Source: Phoronis australis (lineage: Eukaryota > Animalia > Phoronida). Taken from it: a stretch of DNA of 64,000 bases. Positions 53,401 through 64,000 of this stretch are shown one piece after another (position 1 is the stretch's first letter; the number at the start of each line of letters is the position of its first letter). The notes under the pieces were generated by a model that saw nothing but the letters and a program-made list of their open reading frames with translations, searched no databases and was not told where the DNA came from. The translations under genes were made by a program, and so were the position numbers. The DNA lies in the NCBI GenBank assembly GCA_002633005.1, contig NMRA01000193.1, positions 369,527 to 433,526 of the forward strand. Reading direction: 5' to 3'.

Positions 53401-55807
53401 GGGTGATGACATAAAGATGTCCTTTGGCAAACAATGGATCACTGTCAAAGCAAAAACGCTTTGTTACACCTAAAGTGTATTTGAGACAAAATTGGCAATT
53501 AACAAATAAGAGCAACATCTAGAGTGTTGATATGCACCCAACATATACATCGCAAATGGCAAACATAAGAGGTGCTAATTTTTTCCAATACTAAAATGAA
53601 CAACACCAATGAACTAAGATTGAGTCTTCAGGGTGCAATACTAGTCATCCATGAATTGGCGAAATCAATCCTGGTTGATATTGAAATTGCAGCAAAGAAA
53701 ACTAGAATAACCACTCAGGGCACTGCAGCAGTTGGATCCTTCCCATTCTTGGTTTGGCATTTAAAGAGAGGGATACCAAAAGTGACTAGTGAACTAATAA
53801 AATTGCCACTACGGAACAAAGCACAAGTGGGAACTGTCAGATTAGTGCTTCTCTATCCTAGATTGCACATCATCTGCCAAACATGACAGTAATGTGAAAC
53901 CAGGTGTGAATATGTGGGTGCATTAATATAGTTTCGTTCACCAAACCACAATCAACAGGCCAACCCCTTTCAACAATGCAATCTATTGCTATGCCAAAGA
54001 AACACGTTCTGCACAATAAGCACCATTTACTGCAAAATCTCAATGATTTCAGACGGCCAAAAAATGTTTATTTTTCCCATTTTTGAGCTTGTCCGATGTA
54101 TCCTGATCAGGGGATGTCTGAATTTCAAGAAACTACTCCAATGTTTCCAAAAGCCGCAAGATTTTCAGACGGTCCGCTATTTTGGGACACAAATAAATAT
54201 TTCCAAAATGAGTTTTCCATGGTCCACAAAAACATACAAGGTCCAAAACGAATTTCAGACAATGTCATAAACATCTGATTTCTGTCCTGCGAATTTCGGA
54301 AAAGGAAAAACGTGTCAGAAACACTAAATTCGGATTCACGCAACTCTCGTGCCGCCAAAGCGTTTAATGAATGATTACTACTATAAAAGGCTTGAGAATC
54401 GGTATCACTGGCTATGTAATTTTTACCTTGTCTTAACAATAAAACGACCGTAGCTCGATTGTTTCTCAAGTCCATCTTGTGTTTATCTCGTGTTTCACGC
54501 TTTATCTAAGCAAAGATCACCGAGTCCCACACAACAGAAATATGTGCTGAATATACAAATGGAAAATACACTGAAGGATGCAATTTTTTGTTGAAGCTTG
54601 ACTGATTTGTGTTCTGGTTTCGTTTGTTTTTAATCAGAGCATGCTGTTTGACTTCTGACTGTGACTATGAACTGGGCGATGTGACAAATTCTCATGTCCT
54701 TTGCAAAGGCCGTTGTGGCTAAAAACTCACGGTGATATGTTCAGGTTTTATCCATGATGCGATGGGAAATATTTTTTCTTCAGGCTTCCGGTACACAATA
54801 CAACCATGTCTGCCCACGGATATCGTGCATTCAAAGTAGTATATAGATAGTAATTGGCAGCAGCCAAATGAGATGCAACCAAAGCAGAGATGGTTACAAA
54901 GCAAACATGACAACTAGGCCGCGCCCCGCATATGCCCTGCCAAGGCTGCGTCGTGCAGCGGAGACTTAGTGCTACTCTGCAGTCCGATTAACTATTCTGG
55001 GACAATAATTTTTGCTGCCACTTACCTATGGCACCCCGTCCACTGATACGAAGCTTCGTTAAGCTTTTCTGGGCTTGCTGAATAATTTTGATTGAGACAG
55101 TTTTAAGTAGTAATGAACGAGTCACCAGACTTCATATAGCATTCGGTGCTTCCTACATCGCAATTTTTGTGTTGAAATGAAAAATTTTCATTAAAAATCT
55201 GTTGCAGTTCAAACATGGCCCGAAAAATACTTTGCTCTGTACTATAACATAGATAAAGAACTAATGTTATACATGTATATAACCACACTTCACTACATCT
55301 GCAGCTGTTTGGTATACATTGCACACTCATGAATCTTGCTAAGGAAGCTAGTGCGATCAGGTGCTTTGCTTGCAATATTTGTCAATATCTCGCAAAGTCT
55401 TGGTGTTCTTGCGTACTCATGAGATTCTCGCGTCTGTGCCTCCAGACGCACACCAGGGTAGCTGTCTCGTGACTATAAAAATCTAGCCAAAAGCACGCGT
55501 TCTCATTTAAAATACACGACAATAGCTCACAAAATCTTGCGAAGTCTTAGCTTTTTACCAAGGTCCTACTGTAGGTCCTTGCGTTACGCGTTTACCCTGA
55601 TGTAGGGTCCAATAGAGATTGAACTTGGGGCGACTCAATTTTGCTAGCATTCAATGCTCATTCACTGGGTCTGTGTTGTTATAGCCTTGTTGATTTGTGC
55701 CTTGCACATTTGGTTTCTTCTGGTAGCTCCTATGTCAGGCAAGCTGTGCATGTCATCAGGCACGCAGCCACTGTGTTACCGCCGGCAACAAAATTTACTG
55801 TGATGTA

Positions 55808-56030
55808 AAGAAGGCGCCCACACAAATTCTCCACTAAAACTTCTGTTTCCGAGGAGTTTGAAAACAGTTAAGATCGGCAAATTGGGCTTATACGAAAGTG
55901 GCGAAACTAAAATATGACTTTCAAGTGAAGAAAGCGCCCACACAAATTTTTCAGTAAAAGCTTCTGTTTCTGACGATTTTGATAACAGCTAACACTGGCA
56001 AATTGGGCTCGTCCAATAGTGGCGCAACTG
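55808..56030. repeat. ~120-bp diverged tandem duplication
   Basis: AAGAA(G/A)GCGCCCACACAAATT...CTTCTGTTTC...GGCAAATTGGGCT...AGTGGCG occurs twice. Confidence 0.8.
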
Positions 56031-56240
56031 ACAATGACAACTTTCTGCACGTGTCTGAACGTGACGAACAACAATTAATTAGTTTTAGAAATAGTTTTTC
56101 TTGTCCGAATTGGTGTGTCCGAAGTCAGTGAGATTTACTGTATACATGAATACAAATTTCCACCGCCCACCACACTCTCTTCTACAGGACTATTATCAGA
56201 TGACACTCTCAGCACACACAGCAACGCATGACCAGCTTAC

Positions 56241-56474
56241 CTTATTCTTGCACTTGGCTTTTTTATGTGACTCTTGTTTCCCCTTGTCATTGATGATGGC
56301 ATCTTCCTGCTGCTCTTTGGTTGGGGTTGTGGCATCATTCACCACAGGAGGGTCCACATCTTTGGTAGGGGTATTTGTACCAGATTTGGTCTTAGACGGA
56401 AGCTTCTGACAGTCTCCACTGTTCAAAATAACCGATGGAGGTTTCATCTCCAGTGCATGGTTGCGGAACGCATC
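56241..56474 (-). CDS. 234-nt phase-0 exon (DAFRNHALEMKPPSV...KKAKCKNK, 78 aa, disordered K/T/P/D-rich) of the minus-strand host gene
   Basis: Acceptor catcatttcttttccttgtttgcag, donor AAG|gtaagc, and an open frame with protein-like hydrophilic composition that stops at the splice sites. Confidence 0.72.
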
Positions 56475-57625
56475 CTGCAAACAAGGAAAAGAAATGATGC
56501 AAAAATGGACGCACAGGAAAAGTACATATTTGAAAACTATGAAAACTGTTGTAATGCTGTCGAGGCTCAACACTTTGCACAGTATATACCAGCATTTAAA
56601 CAAGGCGCAGTTGACACAAAGCAGCTGATCGGACACAGGTATATGTGTAAATATCACTGACATGGAGCACGTTGACACCGTAGTGGCCATTTTTTACACC
56701 GGTTTGAGGGGTAAGGCAAGTTACTCCAGTGTCTACTGCATGTCTAAACACCAACTGAGGCAAGGTGGACGGTATCGTCTCTGTTACGCTTGCGTAATAG
56801 CATATAAACGGGTGATCCGCTGGCATTCCACATCGTTTTAATGTTCGCTGTTGTTTATGCGAGCATGCGGAAACAGTCTTAGTGTCATGCTCATTCCATT
56901 TGCGATTGAATGTTGTGAAAATGTGACTACAGTGGAGCAATTCGCACCATGACAACTCTCACCATGACAACTCGTACCTTGACAAGTATTGTAAAAAACG
57001 GCTTATGTCAGATATTTAAAGGATGAAACTGAAATTTTACTTTGAAGTGAAGAGAGAACAAGTCAACTTTAATTTGAATTCAATAGCATGTCACCACCGT
57101 GTTATAATATCAGGTCAATATGTTCCATTTGTCACTTTTGAAGGTACATACTCTGTTGTGTACTGCAGGATGCCTACCTCAGAATTTTTGTTACGAAATT
57201 TAATGCTTTGGGTGGAAACCCCAAAGCAGGGTGACTGAATGAATTATAACAGTCTTGAGTTTAATGAGTATATAATGAATACAAGAGCACATGAATTAAG
57301 ACAGGCAAACTTCATAGGACAGATGACTAACTACCACAAGTGCAAGTTTTAAGGTATTAATCACTTGATTCAGACTAGGGTGACAAATATAACAGGCCAT
57401 CACACAAGATGCCAGCATTTGAATTCCTGTTCAGTTGTAGCAACCATCAAGGACACACTATCAAGGCACATAGTTTCAGTGTTTCAGCTCAATGCGAAAA
57501 GTGTAGGTTTTCAAATAGTGAAAATTGAAGGTACATGCACATGAGCTCCATGAAAACCAGGAATAACATACAGCTTGCTAGATGGAGCCATCCACCAGAC
57601 AGAGATAACTTAATAGGCATAATAC

Positions 57626-57681
57626 ACATTAACTAATATACAGCTTCCAGGGCACATTAACTAATATACAGCTTCCAGGGC
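57626..57681. repeat. 27-bp tandem duplication (CACATTAACTAATATACAGCTTCCAGGG) x2
   Basis: Directly visible; the unit is approximate to within a base. Confidence 0.85.
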
Positions 57682-58389
57682 TCCACAATAACTCAGAGGT
57701 AGAGACTAAATATATTCACACTTGATGTTAATGCCCAAATGGTCTCAACACAGTAAGGCCAATAAGAATCTTATGTTCATTGTAAGACAAAGAGTGTCTA
57801 ATTGCACAAATCATGAAGCAATCTTAGATAATTTCCCTACCACAAAAAATATAAAAAACTCAACTTTGGACATAAGAATCACACCAATAGCAAACAAAAA
57901 TAATGACCATATTTTTATAACTTTTTCAAAGGCATCTGACATTTTTGTCAATACTATCAATTTCTAAAAGCTTAGTCTGCTCATAATTACTTCCGTCTTG
58001 CACCAGGTTTGCAGCTACACAGCGATTAAAATTGGCACAAGTAACCCTAGAACAAGTTACTACAAGTGAGGCAAGTTGCACAAGTTTAAATAACGTCCCC
58101 ACAGCCCTCAAACCTAGGGACACCTCATTCCAGGAGTGACTTGTTCTAGAGTAAGTCTCTGTGTCTGGACGGCACTTTAGCCACGTTCAGATGGCGCAAG
58201 ATGATCAGGTGCATATATCCTTGGAACTACTCATCTGAATATAGTTAAACCTTGACAGAAGAAAGTAAGTCATTTCTATTTTAACTGAAGAAATGTGTGA
58301 TTTTCCATATAAAGCATTCTCGCAATTTTAAACCCAATCTGAAATGAAGACCTTCTTACCATAACTAGATCAACTTGGAAAGTAATGAA

Positions 58390-58899
58390 AGGCCCTTTCA
58401 TATTGACTTAACTACGGTCTGAGGGGAGCGTCGACGTTAACAGCGCAGTTAACTGGACCGTTCATACTGGCTTCGGTAGTTAATGAACATCAGAGTAAGC
58501 GGTTGTGTGCCGAGGTCGTCATCGAAGTTATCGCAAGGTAGCGTTGCACGCTAAGATTTTTTTCAATGTTTCAATTTGGAAATATTTACATGTGCTAAGT
58601 GACATTAAACTTATTTTTAAATCGATTGGTTAATATACTGGAGCAAAATATAAGCAGCTATTAGTGACGGCACTACCTTGTAACTGTTGACGATAACAGT
58701 GGCACCTGGCGATAACTTCGATTGGACCGGAGTTAAGTGTTCATAATGCACCGCAGCGTCGACGCTGCGGTCTTAAATCCACCTGTTAAATGTGATGTTA
58801 ATTGGTGCTGTTAACTGCGATCCAGGACCGGAGTTGAGCGTTCATACTGACCGCAACTCCCCAAACCATCGACGCGGCGACAATAGTGTGAAAGGCCCT
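58390..58899 (+). mobile_element. Full-length young copy of MITE family A with a perfect 3-bp TSD (GAA)
   Basis: GAA|AGGCCCTTTCATA ... TGTGAAAGGCCCT|GAA. Confidence 0.9.
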
Positions 58900-59088
58900 G
58901 AAAACTACGAAATTCCTTGTGAAACCTTCAAACTACCAAGAGTAAACTAGCAGGAAGTTAAAAGTTGTCATTCAGCAAATATCCCATTATGAAAGCCAGA
59001 TTTACAATAAAAGTTGAGAAGTTAAACACTACCTGAACCTATCACTTAAGCCCATTTATGTTAGNAGATCAACTTTGAAAGTAATGAA

Positions 59089-59571
59089 AGGCCCTTTCAT
59101 ATTGACTTAACTCCGGTCTGAGGGGAGCGTCAACGTAAACAGCGCAGTTAACTGGACCGTTCATACTGGCTTCGGTAGTTAATGAACATCAAAGTAAGCC
59201 GTTGTGTGCCGAGGTCGTCATCAAAGTTATCGCAAGGTAGCGTTGCACACTAAGATTTTTTTCAATGTTTCAATTTGGAAATATTTACATGTGCTAAGTG
59301 ACATTAAATTTATTATTAAATCAATTGGTTATTACTGGAGCAAAATATAAGCAGCTATTAGTGACGGCACTACCTTGTAACTGTTGACGATAACAGTGGC
59401 ACCTGACGATAACTTCGATTGGACCGGAGTTAAGCGTTCATGCTGCACTGCAGCGTCGACGCTGCGATGTTAATTGGTGCTGTTAACTGCGATCCAGGAC
59501 CGGAGTTAAGCGTTCATACTGACCGCAACTCCCCAAACCATCGACGCGTTGACGTTAGTATGAAAGGCCCT
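59089..59571 (+). mobile_element. MITE family A, second (probably allelic) version of the 58390 insertion
   Basis: Same flanks and GAA TSD, with a ~25-bp internal deletion and several substitutions. Confidence 0.85.
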
Positions 59572-61218
59572 GAAAACTACCCATTACAAAATACGAAATT
59601 CCTTCAAACTACCAAGAGTAAACTAGCATTATGTTTAAAGTTGTCATTCAGCAAATATCCCATTATGAAAGCCAGATTTACAATAAAAGTTGAGAACTTA
59701 AACATGACCTGAACCTATCACTTAAGCCCATTTATGTTAGACCAAATTAAAGTCAACCAAGACAGGAATCCAATTACAGTGTTTTGTGAGGCTCCCTTAA
59801 GGTAAAAAATAAGGCTGCGTGAACTTTCTAAATTTTCAATTTGGTTTAAATCTTGAGAAGAAAAAATTACCAGAAATAACAATTAGCAACTATTGTTTTA
59901 AATCAAAGTTAGATCTAACGTTCACAACAGCAACCACAAACGATATTGGCAAGATATGCATTTCAATTTAACCAAACATATTACTCCACAGTTGAGATGT
60001 GTATTTTCACAATATCTTGATCCTATGTCATTAACATTGTTATTACCATCACTTACATACAGTTCTGTTCAGCTGTTCTGCATTTTTATTGTGCGTCACA
60101 ATATGAAAACAAAATCAGCAGTAATTGTAAAACAATTTTAGTGCACCCCTTGGACAAGGCAATCACATAGCATCCATGAAAATGTTTATTGGCCAATAAC
60201 AGTTAGCTCTTAAAATTACCCTCAACTTTGGAGCAGGGTGGGAATTAGTTTTAAACAGGTTGGGAATTGGTTCTCAAAACTGTGACGAAAGATCGATTAC
60301 TTTTCTGAACTTGTGGCACACAATGGAAGTTCGACTACGGTCTAAGGAAGTGCCTACAAAAGTCGCTCGTAGAATGCAATGTCACCAGTTCTGACCTGCT
60401 TCGCAGGTACAAGCAAGAGCGAATTAAAATAATTTGGTTTCCACATTTGAAAGCATGTAGGCTAACCATTTTGAAAAGAAACTGAGAAGCAAAACTCAGC
60501 GAAGGGCGCTGAGGCATAGTTGGGGGGGGGCATACCTGGTGACACCCTCACAGGGTTGCTGCACTAACACGGGGGAGCCAGCGAGTGGCACAACGGAAGA
60601 CGAGAGTCAGAAGTACATAAGCAGAATAAAGTATTTTACAGTTAATGATAAGCAGAAACACAAATGCAACCAACTGGTCGTTAAAGTTGTAAAAAGAATT
60701 GTAGCAGTTTTGCACCATCATGGTGATGACCACAAGGTCAGTGAACTTTTGGAGCTCTGAGAACTGACTTAGACAAGCCCTGAGAATTGTGCTGTCTGAT
60801 GGAAAACTCCCGACTATAAGCACTTCTCACTTTCCTGTCAATAAACTTAATATAATGATGGCGAGTAATTGAATTATTTTTGTGACATTTGCTTGTTTAT
60901 AGTAATTCTTGCTCTTGGGGCAATCCAATGACGGTGAAAGCAAAGGAAGGCAAAATCTGAAGCAAAATCATATCAAGCAGGAAATCTTAGACGAAGGTAG
61001 AGACAGGAACATAAACCTGCACACTTACAAGGATACGTCACTTCTCCCATTAGAGTCGAATCTATCTGATAGTACATTCATATTTCACATGGTTAGTTAG
61101 AATCGTTTTACGTTCAACTACTGCCAATTTGAACTGATTTAAGCTTCCTAAAACCATTTCAACCCAGAACACATTTTTAATGGATGTAAGAGCTTCAATG
61201 AATATGGGATAATTGTTC

Positions 61219-61631
61219 AACTTTTCACACCGGCTTCAGTAATGGACCCTTCAGTTAACAACTAGTTCATGTTCGCGTCATCGAAGTCATCGCAAGATGG
61301 CGCTATGAAAATGTTAAGCATATGCATTTTTTTACAAATCTGAAGAATGTGTTCAGATAATAAATGAGAAGAAATATGTATAGTCGTAGATCAAACGGCC
61401 AAGTTTTTATTAACTATCAAATAATTACATGACACATGTAGAAGTTGACAACCACATCACCTGATAACCCTGATGACACCGATGTTAACTTTTAACTCTT
61501 TCGAAGCATTGATGCCTCGCTGTTAACTGCAAAGTTAACTCGCGATTTTAACTTTGATCAAAGATCTAAGTCAATTTTTCACACCGACCAACAGTTGCTA
61601 AAACATGAGTTGCCACTGGTGTGAAATGCTT
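61219..61631 (+). mobile_element. Old, degenerate copy of MITE family A
   Basis: TTCACACCGGCTTCAGTA...GTCATCGAAGTCATCGCAAGATGGCGCT...GGTGTGAAATGC aligns with the family A consensus. The left end is missing. Confidence 0.6.
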
Positions 61632-64000
61632 TTTAACTCAATCAACTTTGCCAGGAAACCAATCTGATGTAAAAAAGCTCACATATCAATGAACTCAAAG
61701 GGCAAACAAATGTCAAGATGCCCTGGTTAAGGCTTCCACAAAAATGTAAATTCGGAAGATTTAGATAAGAAATAGGGATTGTGTTTTAACAAATAAAAAA
61801 CAAAAAGTTGTCATATGATGATCACTTTTTCATTATAAATTACTTGAGTTTCTATAGGTTGTCGTGCCATTCTGATTACTAGAGGCTGGAGAAATAAGCA
61901 TTCTAAAATTGACAATTAAAACAAAAAATAAATAAAATCAGTGAAAAATATATGTGAATTTGCATTTTTCTAAGACTTATTTCCAAGGGTTACTCACTAC
62001 TTCTGAAATGGCCAAGCAGTTAAGATTGATTATGTGATATAACCCATATCTATGTTAAACTATAACATGCTTTTCAAAACTTGTATGTTTTTTTCTTTAT
62101 ATACAGTTCTCAGAAAAAAATGAGGACACTTGAACAAGAGCAAGAAAGCGCTAATAACAACTCTTTATGACAAACCAGGAGGCTAGCAATCTAATCCAAG
62201 TGGTTGGTAGCTTCAGGCCACATCAGCTGCAGTTGATCAATAGAAAAAGTAGTGCCAACATAAACTCAAGTGTAGACAGCTCCTGGGGCTCCTGATGGGG
62301 GTCGTGTTTCTAACTGTTCTGAACAGAAACAAATACCTCAAATAGATCAATCAAAATGAAGGTTGAGAAGATTTCAGGAGTGTAGGATTCATGTGCCTGA
62401 ACTGCTAAAAAGATCAAATTAAAACACCCTTTACCAAGTTAACAGCCACATAAGAGGAGCATCAATATAAACTGCAAACATAGTTGAATTTTCAGCCAGC
62501 TTCGGCTTAGATAGATAGATAACTGATACCGCAACATTTAATGCAGAGGTGCTTCGAAAATCTTATGCAGAAGTAATTTTTTAAAAAAAATTGATGTTGC
62601 TGGATTTGGAGACCAGCAGGATGCCAATGCGACCTCAGATTTCATTTGCGATCTAGTTAAAAATACCAAGGAAACAAATGGGGGTGGGAATTGCTTGGCA
62701 AAAACCGAAATGTCCTGTACAGGACTCACACATTGAAGTGTTCAGACAATACGTCCTGATTGCCTACTTCTACCTCAGATAGGTGAGCTTGCATGGAATA
62801 TTGGGTCCTCCAGAAGAAAATTGGCTGCCACCGAGCATTCAATGAACTCCCAATTTCCCATTCAACTAAATAACAAAAAAGAGAGGCACACGGACAGTCT
62901 TGGGTGTTTCAGCCGACATTTGGTCAATTCACCAGTTATTCAATTCAGATTATGCGTTCTGTCATTTGCGACTACTGCCAACCGTGAGACCAAAGTTGAT
63001 CCGTCATACCAACAGACAGTTCCCTAACTACCAAGGGTCAACGTTGGTACGTTAGGCCCTAAACCTAAAGGATGTGTCTTGATTGTTGCAATACAGCAGA
63101 GCAGATTGGGATCCCAAAGCCTAATAAAATCGCCAACTATGAGTAAAGCCGTGAGGCTGCTGGTTCCTGGAAATAACACTGACAACACAACCAATGAAGA
63201 AATGTCAACAAAATACGAACTGTTAAGTACATCAGTTGTTAATTTGACATTTCAAGTCATGGGAGACCACAGCTAGAAAGCGAGGCATTTAAAGGACAAG
63301 TTCTTCAAAAAACATTAATGTTGGATAAACCCTCATGTGTCCTGGCTACTAAGCTATGTATTGAAGTTGGCCATTATCTCAACTGGAACCAATTACAGAG
63401 TTGAGTGAGAAAGACTTACTTCTCAGCCCATCCATCATCACCAGACAGAGCTTTATCACCAGGGAAAACATGTGTTATTACTTATGAATAAGACAACAGT
63501 ACTATCTTCATGGAAGGCTCAATAGGAGGTGAGCTTAAACTCAAAGTGAGTGTAAAATGAACATGGTGATATTGACGTAATGTTAAAAACTAAGAAAAGT
63601 TTAGGAGCATAACACAATCCAGCCCCAATTTTGCACCAGTAATAGCACTGCCAGTCATTTTCATAGAACCTAATCCACAGGGCTGCACATGAAGATCACA
63701 GTACACAAAAACTAGGTTCACATGAGCGGCAAAAACTCTAGCAGTTTTACTGGATAAAACTTTACTGATTTAGCCAGACAAGCTGTCTGAGAAAGGGTCC
63801 TTTTCACCACCCATTACCTTTTTAAGCAAGCAAAAATTGATGTCAAAATGAAATGTCACTCTTTGCCATAAATTGATTACTGTGATGACAAACAAAGGCC
63901 TATACATACACNNCCCCCCCCCCCCCCGAACATGTGTGTCCCTTGAAGTAAGCAGTCTGGCAACAGAAATGCTATAAAAAATGCTAAGAATTTTGGGGTA

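Larger units (their letters stand above)
58367..59740. repeat. ~690-bp direct duplication (58367-59064 / 59066-59740) joined by a single N; probable uncollapsed alleles
   Basis: Both copies begin AGATCAACTT and end CCCATTTATGTTAG, with the N at 59065. The MITE and its unique flanks are both duplicated. Confidence 0.9.

Noticed and set aside
53960-54367. Possible piggyBac-like MITE ending GCCGCCAAAGCGTTTAA
   Set aside because: No matching left TIR or TTAA could be identified.
63912-63927. Poly-C run (G-quadruplex or regulatory candidate)
   Set aside because: It abuts NN at a contig join, so its length and context are unreliable.

Overview
Animal (eukaryotic) genomic DNA from a draft assembly with two long N gaps and single-N joins. 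It is AT-rich and CpG-depleted, with an A/C excess on the + strand. No prokaryotic genes, rRNA, tRNA or CRISPR arrays are visible, and almost all ORFs in the track are noise. The window is best read as the mostly intronic interior of a large gene on the minus strand. Four well-supported small exons (234, 90, 36 and 30 nt) and a weaker fifth (87 nt) are all multiples of 3 and join in one phase-0 frame, encoding a disordered S/P/K-rich segment of a protein I cannot identify. The introns carry many non-autonomous DNA transposons: about 8 loci of one ~500-bp Harbinger-like MITE family of graded ages, two Tc1/mariner (Tc2/pogo-like) elements with shared ends but different interiors (one nested in an element with a 5-bp TSD), an ISL2EU-like element, two Helentron-type (HINE) elements and other MITEs. 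There are also several minisatellites, one of which is a tandem array of perfect ERSE-II motifs. Two apparent tandem duplications split by a single N are probably uncollapsed alleles. The repeat landscape and heterozygosity suggest a marine invertebrate deuterostome, which is inference only.
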